From NCBI GenBank assembly GCA_964016885.1, contig OZ024741.1, forward strand, positions 50,840,001 to 50,904,000: a stretch of 64,000 bases of DNA, written 5' to 3'. The stretch's first letter is position 1. Each line of letters opens with the position of its first letter. Shown here piece after piece: positions 1 to 13,718 of the stretch. The DNA is from Eledone cirrhosa (lineage: Eukaryota). Under the pieces are notes generated by a model that did not search any database, was not told the origin of the DNA, and saw only the letters and a program-made list of their open reading frames with translations. The position numbers and the translations under genes are program-made.

Positions 1-119
1 TGCTGATGGTGATAGTGGTGGTGTCGTTGATGTTGTTGTTGCTGCTGCTGCACTGCTGCTGCTGGTAATGGTGTTGTTGTTAGTGGTGGTGTAGATGGTA
101 GTGGATGTGTTAGTGTTGA

Positions 120-1030
120 TGTTGGTGGTGGTAAGCTGGTGGTGGTGGTGTTGGTGGTGGTGGTGGTGGTGGCTGTGGTGGCTGTGTTGCTGTAGTCGGT
201 GGAGGTGGTGGTAAGCTGGTGGTGGTGGTGTTGGTGGTGGTGGTGGTGGTGGCTGTGGTGGCTGTGTTGCTGTAGTCGGTGGAGGTGGTGGTAAGCTGGT
301 GGTGGTGGTGTTGGTGGTGGTGGCTGTGGTGGCTGTGTTGCTGTAGTCGGTGGAGGTGGTGGTAAGCTGGTGGTGGTGGTGTTGGTGGTGGTGGTGGTGG
401 TGGCTGTGGTGGCTGTGTTGCTGTAGTCGGTGGAGGTGGTGGTAAGCTGGTGGTGGTGGTGTTGGTGGTGGTGGCTGTGGTGGCTGTGTTGCTGTAGTCG
501 GTGGAGGTGGTGGTAAGCTGGTGGTGGTGGTGTTGGTGGTGGTGGTGGTGGTGGCTGTGGTGGCTGTGTTGCTGTAGTCGGTGGAGGTGGTGGTAAGCTG
601 GTGGTGGTGGTGTTGGTGGTGGTGGCTGTGGTGGCTGTGTTGCTGTAGTCGGTGGAGGTGTGGTAAGCTGGTGGTGGTGGTGTTGGTGGTGGTGGTGGTG
701 GTGGCTGTGGTGGCTGTGGTGGCTGTGTTGCTGTAGTCGGTGGAGGTGGTGGTAAGCTGGTGGTGGTGGTGTTGGTGGTGGTGGTGGTGGTGGCTGTGGT
801 GGCTGTGTTGCTGTAGTCGGTGGAGGTGGTGGTAAGGTGGTGGTGGTGGTGGTGGTGGTGGCTGTGGTGGTGGTGGTGGTGGTGGTGGCTGTGGTGGCTG
901 TGTTGCTGTAGTCGGTGGAGGTGGTGGTAAGGTAGTGGTGGTGGTGGTGGTGGGTGTGTTGCTGTAGTCGGTGGAAGTGGTGGAGGTGGTGGTGGCAAGG
1001 TGGTGGTAGAGGTGGTGGTGGTGATGGCAA
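120..1030. repeat. (GGT)n-derived minisatellite, unit about 70-80 bp
   Basis: Anchor GCTGTGTTGCTGTAGTCGGTGGAGGTGGTGGTAAG recurs about 11 times, separated by variable GGT runs. Confidence 0.95.
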
Positions 1031-1261
1031 GATGGTGGTAGTGACGTTGGTAGTTTATATTAGTGTTGATGTTATTGTTGGTGGTGTTAGTGTCGTTGGG
1101 AGAAGTGGTGCTGATAGTTGATATTGGTGGTGGTGTTTGTGGTGCTGCTTTTGCTGGTGGCGGAGGTGGCGGTGGTGGTGATGATGGTGTTGGTGTTGAT
1201 TGTATGAGTGGTTGATATTGTTGTTGTTAGCGTGCTTGTTGTTGGTGGTAGCATTAATATT

Positions 1262-1470
1262 CGTGGTGGATTGGTAGTGTCGGACAACATGCTTTGCGGC
1301 ATGAAGTTACGTCCCTTTACGTCCTGAGTTCAAATTCCGCTGAGGTGAGCTTTGCCTTTCGTGCTAACGGGGTCGATAGAATAAAGTACCAGTAACGCGC
1401 TGGTGGTTGATTTAATTGACTTTTCCCTCTCCACAAAATTGTTGGCCTTCTGCCTAAATCAAAAATCATT
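1262..1470 (+). mobile_element. tRNA-derived SINE, family A
   Basis: B-box GAGTTCAAATTCC, central TTTGCCTTTC...GGGGTCGATA.AATAAAGTACCAG, tail GGCCTT.TGCCTAAA; about 10 similar copies in the window. Confidence 0.85.
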
Positions 1471-1549
1471 ATTTATCTATAGGTGAACCATAATCGAACT
1501 GATCGATCATCAAAGACAATACAACAAAGAGCAGCTCGTCTTTTTTAGC

Positions 1550-1697
1550 TACGAGGGTCGGCTGAAACGTTCATAGGTTGACCAAGATACTCTCATGGAA
1601 TGTGACCAAATGAGATTTATTTACCTTGCGGCTCACACACTTCTTCCATCTGTGTTTCAGTGCACGGATCCCATTGGTGAAGAAGCTATCATCCTGT
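1550..1697 (-). mobile_element. mariner 3' end remnant
   Basis: TA-CGAGGG terminus at 1550; minus strand reads QDDSFFTNGIRALKHRWKKCV, a typical mariner transposase C-terminus. Confidence 0.8.
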
Positions 1698-1891
1698 TAG
1701 TAAAAAAGTAGTGATTGCCCGCCCCCCCCCCCCCCATGTATAGGAACACAGGACCACATTATTCAACGTGTCCTTTTTTAAGGAGATTGGACTGCAATTT
1801 CTAGCAGTCCAATCGACCATGTACAAGGTTCCAATTTGGTTTAAAGTGTTGTTGTTGTTGGTGGTGTTGGGGGTGATATTCCGTGAGTGAA

Positions 1892-1988
<97 letters not shown>

Positions 1989-2229
1989 CTCTGGTACAAG
2001 GTGGAGGCAAGAATAATACTCCACTATTGGTGTTGGTGGGGGTCACATCCTTCTGGTACTATGTGGATGTAGGAACGATGTTTCCCAGTTGGTATTGCTG
2101 TTGTTGCTCATATTATCAATTACCGCCTTTCACTCCAGGTAGAGGAACGACCCTCTTTTTCATGTTTCCCCTCGGATTTATACCTGTAATATACGAAGCC
2201 CGAGTATTTGTGTTCGGATAAATGGTGCT

Positions 2230-3152
2230 AAATAGAAAGCATTCGATCTGGGAGTCGGTCTCCCCCATAGGTGCGTACTGTAATATCTCCTGCTCATTAT
2301 TTTCATGAACAGGATTGACATGCGCAGCTGGGTTGGAAATGGTATCATGACTGGCGGGTGATACTTAACTCGACAGAAGGTGGTCTCCGACTTGCACTCG
2401 ATAGGTTTGATGCCGAGTACTGCATCGCTGGAATGAAAATCAGTGCTGCGAAAACTGAAACACTCGTCCTCTCAAGGAAGCCAGTGCAGTGCACTCTACA
2501 TGTGAATGGAGTTCCATTGAAGCAAGTGGAGAAGTTTAAGTATCTCGGGGTCGTGTTCACGAGTGATGGAAGGCAAGAGGCTGAATTAAGTGCAAGAATT
2601 GCAAAAGCTAGTGCAGTAATGCACCAGCTTCAGCATTCAGTAATCAGAAGAATGGAGGTATGTGTAAAAGCCAAACTCGCTTTCTTCAATTCGGTATTCG
2701 TGCAACTCTTATATATGATCACGAATCTTGGGTAATGACGGAACGAATACTATCGCGAATACAAGCGACCGAAAGGGGGTTCCTCCGAAGGGTTTTTGGA
2801 GTAATGTTACTCGATCAAGTGCGTAGCTCGGAGATCAGAGAGCCACTCCATGTAGAGCCGCTACTTCTCCGAATCGAGTGGTCACAGCTCCGTTACTATG
2901 GGCATGTGGTTAGAATGTCTCAGGAAAGAATCGCTGGACAGATTTTACGGGCAAAACCAACCGACGGGAGATCTAGGTGTAGACCCCGAGCAGGAGGGTT
3001 GGATAACATCCATATGCTTAGCTGGTCTCTCTTGGGGATCCAGCTGGATCAGTTGGAGAACGGTTGCTTCTGACAGAACCCACTGGAAGGAGTGTTTGAA
3101 GACTCTGCCCCACGACCGTCTCAGGAATAAGAAGGTGAAGAAGAAGAGAAGA
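2230..3152 (+). mobile_element. 5'-truncated RTE-clade LINE (RT C-terminus, frameshifted)
   Basis: ORFs 2358-2735 and 2660-3073: VEKFKYLG, ELSARIAKAS, LIYDHESW, QLRYYGHVVRM; ends in an (AAG)n-like tail. Confidence 0.9.
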
Positions 3153-3622
3153 AAATTTCTGTACGGATCTGTATTCTAAATTTCGCAACCCCCGTTCTTA
3201 TTTTAGTTGCTACCACGCCCAAAATACCAACGACTATTAATAAGAATCCAACCTTTGTCAGTATTATTTTCCCTCGCTCTGTAAGTCTTATACAAATTGT
3301 TTTGTTTTTGTTGATTTTCTCCTGAATTTTTGTTGCAAAGCCGATCACCTCCATGTTTTCATCTGCGGGGCTGTGAAGGATTAGCTTGTGATTTTTCTCT
3401 GAAAAATCAAGAAAAAAAGATAAACGTGACATGAAAGAAGATGGTAAAGAAGCTCCATTGTCTACTGGTGCATCATGCGGGAGGCATGCGCGAACAAATC
3501 GACATGAGGATGACTTCATATTTTCAGATAGTATAATACAATAGGACTATATTATCCAATGCCTCCTTTTTTTATTCTCTGCTTTTCCAAGAAGGTAGGG
3601 TTGGATTTGAAAAAAATTAACT

Positions 3623-3718
3623 GAGGTTTGACAGAGGTTTGACAGAGATTTGATAGAGGTTTGATAGATATTTCATAGAAGTTTGATAGAGATTTGACAG
3701 AAGTTTGGTAGAGATTTC
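3623..3718. repeat. 11-bp tandem repeat (GAGGTTTGACA-like), about 9 copies
   Basis: Read directly in the sequence. Confidence 0.85.
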
Positions 3719-3847
3719 TCGCTGGCCGAACAACATATCAGATGCAAGATACGATAGAATATTAAGCATGGTAGCCTACACTTTTACATAAACATACACA
3801 CTCAAACATGCACTCAAATACACACACATACTCACACACACGCGCGG

Positions 3848-3946
<99 letters not shown>

Positions 3947-3981
3947 TATAAGAATTAATAATAAAGGAGAGTGAGTATGTG

Positions 3982-4067
<86 letters not shown>

Positions 4068-4075
4068 TGTATATG

Positions 4076-4130
<55 letters not shown>

Positions 4131-4134
<4 letters not shown>

Positions 4135-5165
4135 TAAAACATGTCTATAGAATCACCAGATAAAATATATACCATTTCCTCTCCCAATTACCATAATTAA
4201 CCATATAAAAAATCGAATAGACCAGGCTATAAGAATAAGGCTTCTATGAAGAAATCTCCAACAAATAACCGAAACTAGCCCTTCGCGTCGGCTGCGACGG
4301 AATATTTATCGAATATTTCAACAGCGTAATCGCCCAGATATACAGTCAATTAAACAGAATTAGGTGTAAAATAAACTAGGAGAAAAGAGAATACATTTAT
4401 TTACCTCGACCATGGTTTCGTCCGCATTTTGAGATTTCCAGTAACTTCGGAAACTCGAGCATCTTCAGGAGTTTGCTCTAATCTAGACAATTAATTTTCC
4501 AAAGTGATCGCGCCAAGAATACATTAAAAAATGGCTAAGAATCGTGACGTAGCAGCGGTCAGGTTGGAAGGAGTGTGGTAGTTGCTTACGGCTGGTGGCT
4601 TTTTTCTAGAAAGCACAGAACAATACAGCCAAATTTGTATCTCAACCTAATGGGAGATTATTACATATAAAGGTTTACATATATATATATATATACATAT
4701 ATACATATACGTGTTTTGCAACGGGTCACTTTGTGGCTCAATGAAAAGTTAATAAATTAAATAATCAGAGCTATATATCATAAAACATGTCTATAGAATC
4801 ACCAGATACAATATATACCATTTCCTCTCCCAATTAGCATAATTAACCATATAAAAAATCGAATAGACCAGGCTATAAGAATAAGGCTTCTATGAAGAAA
4901 TCTCCAACAAATAACCGAAACCAGCCCTTCGCGCCGGCTGCGACGGAATATTTATCGAATATTTCGACAGCATAATCGCCCAGATATAATCAATTAAACA
5001 GAATTAGGTGTAAAATAAACTAGGAGAAAAGAGAATACATTTATTTACCTCGACCATGGTTTCGTCCGCATTTTGAGATTTCCAATAACTTCGGAAACTC
5101 GAGCATCTTAAGGAGTTTGCTCTAATCTAGACAATTAATTTTCCAAAGTGATCGCGCCAAGAATA
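4131..5165 (-). mobile_element. Tandem pair of about 390-bp PLE pseudo-LTR-like repeats (4131-4520, 4777-5165)
   Basis: Near-identical direct repeats bounded by (TA)n, each with a hammerhead-like motif on the minus strand. Confidence 0.7.
4404..4472 (-). ncRNA. Candidate minimal type I hammerhead ribozyme
   Basis: CTC-CTGAAGA-[imperfect hairpin with TTTCC/GGAAA]-GAAA-CCATGG-TC-GAG; palindromic helix III. Confidence 0.6.
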
Positions 5166-5379
5166 TATATATATATGTATCAGTTCCTTCTGGCACCTCT
5201 CTTCGACAACTCTCTCTGTTCTTTCTAGTTTCCCATCTGTGCTGACATCCGGCGCCCAGTTTCCATTGCACAATACAAAGCGTCTTCGCGACCAAGTCAA
5301 TTCTACATTATTTTAGAGTAATATTTCTGCGGTGGTGCGTTTGTTAGCTTCGAACCGAAGTTCTTCACTCCTTACCCGC

Positions 5380-7260
5380 CATCAAGACCCTTTCCAGATA
5401 GCAGCAGTGGCTGGGTGGATGACTTGCGACTCGGCCGCCCCAGATACCTAATTTCACCACACTCTACTACGGCCGGAGTACGTCTGTTTCAGTTGATTAC
5501 TGCTCTAATGAAGCGTCTCCTCCGAGCTGACCTCTTTTGTTATGCTCGGGAGCTTTTCCTCTCAGTCATCCGGACTGCGTTAAAAAAGAAATGACGGAGG
5601 TATGCGGCTTATCACAGTGGGAAACGTCATTCGATCGCTCAATGCTAAGATAGCCTGCAAATCAGTTGAGATTGGGAACCTCAGCGAGGAACTGTATCCT
5701 GTTCAACTAGGGACCAAATATGTGTGAGTCAGCTTGCTCGTGCAGTCAGAAACTTTATTGGGCGTGCACCTTCACCATCACTTCGCCTTCTGGTAAAGTA
5801 GAACATGCGAAATGCATTTAATAGCGTTAAACATGACCATATCAAAGAGATGTGCCAATGTCCAGCCCCATCCATGCTCCTTCTGACACATATCTGTAAC
5901 AGGGCATCTAGCATTCTCACCATAGCTGGCAATATCCTCTCATCTGCCACATGTGTCCAGCAAGATGATCTCGATCCGGCCTTCTTTCCGTTGTCCATCA
6001 ACGACATTGTCAATTCAGTCCGTTCCTGGTTCAACGCCTGATACCTGGACAATGCGACATTGGGTGGCTTTGTTGAGTCCGTCGTTGAATACCTTCAGAG
6101 CATCATTCAATCCCTTATAGCTCCTCGGACTCGAGATTAATTCGCACAAGTCAGAGATGATACGTGTGAGTTACGGCGAAACTCAATATGATGACGCCAT
6201 ACATAACATTCAGTCCGTTCTGACTGAGTTGCGAGTGACTCTGAAGGATGATGTCTACATTCTTAGTTCCTCGATTCTCTCGACAGGCACACGAGAGTGC
6301 CTAGAGGTTAAACGAGCACCTAGCGAGGATGTCTCACAGATTGTGCTCCACTGATTCGCATCCCGCACTCAACTTTCTGAAAGACTGCCTCACCCTCCCC
6401 AAACTCCCTTTTCACTGTGTAGTGTGCCATATCATTTCCACATGGGATACCACAGTTGACGCTACCATTTATCTCTGTGCTGAACTCAACTGTTATATCA
6501 GTTTGGACTACAGAAGCTGGTAATAGGAAAAAATCTGCTCACTATTGAACCTGGTACTGGCAACCTACATGGCATCTGTCATCTTTTGTCGCGAAGTTCT
6601 TCGCAAAACATCGGAACTTAATGTGGCGCGGGAATATGAGTTCAGCTCTGGCCGTCAAGGTTGAAGACGGCCTCATTGTCCCCAGTTTTCAGGATACTAA
6701 TGCATCTGGGACAACATCAAATACAGCTCAACCTACATGAGGAACAAGCCTTCACTAGACCAACAGCAGTGTGTGGCTCAATTCGAAGCCCTCTTTATCA
6801 ACCGGCACCCTTCTTGGTGATGAGTGCACCCACATCAGAGTAGCTTTGGTTTCCGTTTGTGTGAGTTACACAACTGCCATTGCTGAGCCACTATCTATGA
6901 GGTTGGACTACATCCGTTCTCTGGTTACCTCAATGTAGGCCGGTGCCCTCGCCAAGCTGCCTTGAGCGACGTCATCATAAAGAAACTGGACGCGACCGGT
7001 TTTCATTCACAACTGGAAAATGTTGTTAACTGTCGGCATCCAGACGGAATAATTCTTTTCCCGTTTGAGTGGGATAAGTAACTAATCTTGGGTGCCACAT
7101 TCTACGCCACATTTCTCGGTGCCAATCTTATCACTTCGTCCACAAATCCGGGTACCACCGCTCGTAACACAGAGCAGCGGGAAATAACCAAACACTGGGC
7201 TTTGACAGTGGCTTTCAAGGACCTTCATTGGCCTCGTTCCTTGGAATGGATTGCTCAGCT
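5380..7260 (+). mobile_element. Degenerate CRE-like (RLE) non-LTR retrotransposon
   Basis: Broken motifs GMRLITVGNVIRSL, MRNAFNSV, SATCVQQDDLDPAFF, A*YLDNATLGG and RHPDGIILFP match the CRE RT and restriction-like endonuclease pattern. Confidence 0.75.
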
Positions 7261-7299
7261 AATGAGTTTCCTCTCCCCTCTTACTTCTTATTGTTCTTT

Positions 7300-7432
7300 T
7301 TCTTTGCAGCAAGGAATTACGGCCCTTTATGATCTGAGTTCAAATCCCGCCGGGGTTAACTTTGCCTTTCATCCTTACGGAGTCGATAAAATAAAGCACT
7401 AGTAATACACTAGGATAATTGCTGGCCTTGTG
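7300..7432 (+). mobile_element. SINE family A, partial
   Basis: GAGTTCAAATCCCGCCGGGGTTAACTTTGCCTTTCATCCTTACGG. Confidence 0.85.
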
Positions 7433-7624
7433 AATATTTTCGAAACAGCGAGTGGGTTTGAAATTATTAGAAATGTAAGCTATCACCGTATTTTGACTAA
7501 AGAAATTAAAGAAATTATTTAGCCTGATAGTGGGGTTAAGAACCCTCGGAGAAATGGAAAAAGATGAGTATTGACGTACATATATATATATGACTTTGTC
7601 TAATTTATATATATATACCCTTTA

Positions 7625-7708
<84 letters not shown>

Positions 7709-8129
7709 TTTTATATATTTTTATATCTGTATATCTGTTTGACCCGAAATAGGAGATCGAATCTTCGCTGTGTGGATAATTAGTTTAACCACCATCTCAG
7801 TGTGTTTGGCCTTTAACGTAAGTTGTAAGCTCTAATTCATATGAATTATAGAGCGCTTGCCTCACAACTCGAAAGTGATTCTCGTTAATTCATGGACTGA
7901 AATTCGATTCTCGCTAATTTTTACTTATATATGTATATGTATATATATGTGTATATGTATATATATATGTATATATATATGTATATATATATAAGCAAAA
8001 GGGATAGTTAATTTGTTGGTAATTCAACAAATATATATGTTTATAATTGATTCGAAGCACTCGACAGATTTTCTGGAGTATAATATCAATGATATTAATA
8101 AATGGAAACTATATTTATAAAACCATATT

Positions 8130-8193
8130 TATTCTATTATATATATTTCAAGGGTCCCAAAACTTTGGTACGCTCCTCTCATCAGATAAAATA
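8130..8193 (-). ncRNA. Candidate minimal hammerhead ribozyme
   Basis: TATTTTAT-CTGATGA-[GTACCAAA/TTTGGGAC hairpin]-GAAA-TATATA-TA-ATAGAATA. Confidence 0.7.
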
Positions 8194-9722
8194 CAAAGTT
8201 TGTTTTATAAATATTGACATATCCAGGAAGGAGATCTTAACGATTCAAGTTTTTCCTGGATAGTAAAAGAAAGAGAGGAAAGAGAGGAAAAGTCAAATAT
8301 TTCAAATTATTAAGATGAATATGCAAATGAGGTTGAGATATAGGGCTGAAAAAACGTTATTTTTAGACGCTAGGTAGATTTAAATAATTATTAGGATATA
8401 TATATATATATATGTGTAGGAAGAAGAAAGAGAAAGAAAGAAAAGCTTGCATTTACGTGAATTTAAAAAGAATTAACAGTTTGTAAGAATGGTGGAATAT
8501 GGTTCCGGAATTAAAAATAATATTTAGCTATATTATGCGTTATAATATTATATATATAATCAGTTAGATTATATGAAGAATTATGGTTGTAAGTACATTT
8601 TACCTCATTATATTGCAACAGGTTGTAAGTATATAAATATCTACATAGATTAATAATTGTGCAAGTATAAGTATTATTGGTGATTTTACAGAAATAAAAC
8701 AACACACGTATTAATTGTTTACATTTCTAATATGAGTTACGAAGGAAGTTGATTTTACATTTTACATAAATATTTAAGAAAAAGACGTAGTTCAAATTGT
8801 AAGAGAAGAACAATTTGTAGATTCAAATATTTTCATCCAACATTGAAAATGTTTTCAGAATATTGTTAATTTAGCAAATTTATATAATTTATCATACAAG
8901 TTATCATGTCTATGTTTGCTCAATTGTAAAGGAAAAGAAACTCCAATATTATTTGCTAACCATTAAATTTGATGAATGATTTTCTTAGAAATTATGTAGA
9001 GTAATTATATATTGTTTTGTTTGAGATTATAAGGTATTTTATATTATATGTTTTTCAAGGATGAGAATTTCTATTACATATTATCTACGTCGAAAGATGT
9101 GTGAAAAGTTTGAAGATTAAAGAGAGGAAAAATGTATTATTAGATAAGTCAAGAGTGCATTTAGAAGAACTATCGTAAAGAGTATATCTTTCAGAATGTC
9201 AATTAAAAAGTATCAATATAAATCTAAAAAATACATTAAGAAGAGTATCATTAGGAAAAGAATATCAAATGGTAAAAATACTAAATTTAAGAAGGAAGAT
9301 CATTTAAAAAATTTAAATTTTTTAAAGAAAAACTCAGTAAATAATAGGATCATTTTTAAGGTGTATAAGATGTAGTCAAGTGTAATGAATATCATAGATT
9401 AAAAATACTTCGGAAAGTGGATTTTGGGCGATGTCTGCAAGAAGTAAATAATTCTATTTTTAAATTAATAGAGTTTTGAGAGTTAATTATATTAAAAAAT
9501 TTCCTCGATACACAAATGACAGATTTGGTATGCAGGTGCTTTCGAAATCGTTCCCCAAGATATTGAATAGTCTATATTGTTGTCCTTCAAATTCCAAATT
9601 AGATGTGAAAGTGAAGTGGAAGATTTTTTATCGGACCTATTAAATGTATGTTTGTGGTTGTACCAGCGTTCTTTGAATTTTGTAGAAGTGGCACTTATAT
9701 AGTTAAATATTTTGTCTCTAGT

Positions 9723-9781
9723 TTTTGTCTGATGAGAACGTACCAAAGTTTTGGTACCCTTGAAATATATATAATAGAATA
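9723..9781 (+). ncRNA. Candidate minimal hammerhead ribozyme (inverted pLTR copy)
   Basis: CTGATGA-GAAC-GTACCAAAGTTTTGGTAC-CCTT-GAAA-TATATA-TA-ATAGAA. Confidence 0.7.
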
Positions 9782-10574
9782 AATATGACTTTATAAATAT
9801 AGTTTCCATTTATTAATATCATTGATGTATATATATATATATTTGATATAGAAATGGCTTCTACAGGACTAGAATTGTTTCATTCGAAGGAAATCACCAG
9901 GAAAGCTTTCCTGATGATTTACTAATAAAATAGGGTGAACAACCTTAAAAGATGGAAAAAGAATTTACCAACGACCGTTATGAGGAATTGAACCCCATAT
10001 TTTCCAGATAGCGGCTAGAAGATATCGTACGTGCGCACATGTATGTATGTGTGTATATGTTATATATGTGTATATGACTGACGAGATGTCAACTCCCATT
10101 CAACGCGTCTCCAGGTGGTGGACAGGAGAATAGGGGAACTACCTGTAGATATGTTGGTCAGCTGCGAATACGGAAATACGCAGTCCTGGACCCAAACCGT
10201 GTGGCCCTTTAGCAAGGCCTAGTCACCAGAAGTCACCCTTACCAAGGCTAGGGCGAAGCAATGGGAAGCAGCATGGTGGATGTGTCATTCAACAGAGGAA
10301 CTCTTAGAAATCAATGGTGGGTAATGAACATGATGTTGAGTGGAAGAACTATAACAATAGTCAACAGTCAAGATCACCAAGTTCAGTTAGTGAACAACTG
10401 CCTGTATTTCTAGTGGTGGAGTATGGAGTATGTAAGTTGTGTTACTCAGCTAACGAAAAGCCAATGACAAATTTGGTCCGGGTATTTCGCCCGATCCAAT
10501 GATTTTATATATATATATATATAACACAACTTACATACTCCATACTCCACCACTAGAAATACAGGCAGTTTTTC

Positions 10575-10677
<103 letters not shown>

Positions 10678-11134
10678 AAAGTGATATGTGTAAGATGGCT
10701 AAAACAATACAAAATGGACAGTAAGATGAAGGCACGAAAAAGTTAGTTACCTGGTAAACTTTGTTTTTTTTCCGTCCGTCTTACATATTTCATTTCCCAC
10801 ATTATATAGCATATACAATGCTTCAAGCAAACTACAACATTATATATTATTATTATATATATGTATGTATATATATATATATCGTATTCCACCTGCTTGT
10901 AGTGGGGATGATAATGTTGTTAGAACTCAATGTGTCCCTGGAAAGGTGGTTGCAGCGAGATTAGGTAAGTGGTAAGTAATCACCGCTAAAGATTTCCTCG
11001 AGGAAGATCCGTCCAGGTTACAGAGTCATATGTGTGCATAGAATAATGAAAAAAGACAAGTCAGACGTAGGTAGTTACTACGTCTGACTTCTGTCTTTTT
11101 TTCATTGTTCTATGCATAAACACATATATGTATG

Positions 11135-11262
<128 letters not shown>

Positions 11263-11411
11263 CTTGCTTGATGAGAGGGTGTATTTGGACATCCTGCCGA
11301 ATGAAAAACAAAACCTGTCATAGGGTGGAGGATCTCAGGAAAGTCAATGGCCATCAAATAAATTTTTGTTTGTTTTTCGGCTTGTGTGTCTCACCCAGAA
11401 CCGCAGACTCT

Positions 11412-11473
<62 letters not shown>

Positions 11474-12085
11474 CAGTAATCCTCCGCTATATCACGGTTC
11501 ACTTTTCGCGGTCCCGCTACATCGCGGATTTTTCTTTGGAATGTATCTAATTTCCTATCGCGGTAATGCTCGCTACATCGCGGATTTTGCGTTAGAACAT
11601 ATCTATTTTCTTATCGCGGTACGCACGTCTTAATAAAAAGTGTTTAAAATTTAATCTTATTAATTAAGTTTCGATGTTATTGAAGTGTAAAACGTAAGGA
11701 AGGGGCATCGTAATGTATAAAACTATAAAAAAATGTTTTTATTTTTCATTCCATTACTGTTTTACTGATTGTTTCTTTTCTCTAATCTACTACAAACCCT
11801 TCATAGATTGACGGGAGATGTTCAGTGTATTGCCAAGCGGCTAACGTGGCTGGTAATGGTCTTCATTGGTCTAGTGGTACAATCGTTTGTGATAGTTTCT
11901 ATACGATCGTTACTGGCTATTTTTGGTGTTTAAATACAAAAGTGTGTTTTAATGAGTTTATATGTAGTTAAAGCGTGTAGGAGAGGTATTTTAAGGCTTA
12001 AACTATGTAAACAACGGTTGTCTTTATGGTCTCTCTACATCGCGGTTGGTTCTGGAATGTATCCCCTGCGATAATCGGTCGGTTA

Positions 12086-12088
<3 letters not shown>
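11474..12088. mobile_element. pogo/Tigger-type MITE in (TA)n
   Basis: Termini TA-CAGTAATCCTCCG... and ...CGGTCGGTTACTG-TA; subterminal CTACATCGCGG repeats. Confidence 0.75.
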
Positions 12089-12151
<63 letters not shown>

Positions 12152-12244
12152 CAAAGGAAATGTGGTAAGGAACCAGATGGACCATAACGCACCAGAAATA
12201 ACCGTCGAAACGGCTTGAGCTCTGCCGTCGGGGTCATACTTTTT

Positions 12245-12291
<47 letters not shown>

Positions 12292-12527
12292 GTTTTTTAA
12301 CAATGATAACAAAGGCAAGAAGTTATTTTATATATCTCATTCATTGTTTTACGATCGTTTCGGAGGGTTGATCACATCGATATATTGACTGATCTATACC
12401 AGTTATAGAACTGTATACTATCGGAAACAATATATATATATGATCGACTCTCGTCAAATCGGACCGATGAAGCAATTTTTCCATTGGTCTTTCCAATTGC
12501 TAATACTATCTATCGGTCGCAACTCCT

Positions 12528-12643
<116 letters not shown>

Positions 12644-12949
12644 TAATGAAAAGATGTAGTTCCATGGTGAAGCGACCGTCAGTCTTTGAACTTTCGACAC
12701 GCATATATGTATATACGTCAGTAGCAATGATCTAATGAGGGATAAACCTATGTAACCAATCGACCTGCTGAAAACAACAGGCAAATCACACGATACCGAC
12801 GGAAAAACAGGAAGGAGTATTGAATATGAAGTAGAAATTAAAGATAGATAGAGAGGGAGAAGAGAGATAGATAGATAGATAGATAGAGAGAGAGGGAGGA
12901 GAGAGTGCGGCAGACAGATCATGAGTGGGATGAGGAGGAGAGATGAAAA

Positions 12950-13604
12950 TTACTACCACCACCACCACCACCATCATCATCATTATCACTACACATTCAC
13001 CATCATCACTACTACCACTACAAACCTCTACCACCACCACCACCACCACCACCACCATCACTGCTACCTACGACACCTCCAACACTACACTGTCAAGTTC
13101 ACTATAGTCACACTATCACCAACACCAACACTAATGCAACTACCAATACCACAACTACGAACATAACCATCGCTTCTACTACAACTAGAAACTTTACTAT
13201 CCCCACCCACACTATTACCAGTACCGCCGCCACCACCACCTCTATCAGCACTACCACTACTGTCACCACTACATGTATCATCGCTACCGCCACCACCACT
13301 ATCACCATTACCACTACTGCCAGTACATACACCACCACCACCACCACCACCACCACCACTCTGGAAGTAAATGTTTTGGGACGGTGAAATGTGGCGCTTG
13401 TGACAAATGTGAGGCTTCAGCTGGCTATGGATGTATAGAAGTGAAACCTTTCATATATTTTATATAAGGAGGTTGGGAGAGTGGTGCTGAGGTGAGGTGG
13501 TGGTGAGAGGAAACGTGGCCAAAGAAGAGGGAGTTGATGGAAGAAGGGGAGTGATACGGTGCAGTAATGTAATGGTGGGTGGTGGCGGTAGTAGTGTTGA
13601 TGAC

Positions 13605-13641
<37 letters not shown>

Positions 13642-13668
13642 AGAGAGAGAGAGGGAGAGAAAGAGAGA

Positions 13669-13718
<50 letters not shown>

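Larger units (their letters stand above)
8087..9826 (-). mobile_element. Truncated PLE with GIY-YIG fragment, AT-rich 3' region and inverted pseudo-LTR
   Basis: ORF 9492-9809: YISATSTKFKERWYNHKHTF...SLSHLIWNLK...CHLCIEE; 8087-8185 is the reverse complement of 9729-9826. Confidence 0.9.

Noticed and set aside
110-1030. 306-aa Pro/His/Thr-rich ORF
   Set aside because: Translation of a GGT-based minisatellite; the frame shifts between units and there is no domain or splice evidence
3121-3530. Possible host exon
   Set aside because: No recognisable domain and no convincing splice pair or partner exons
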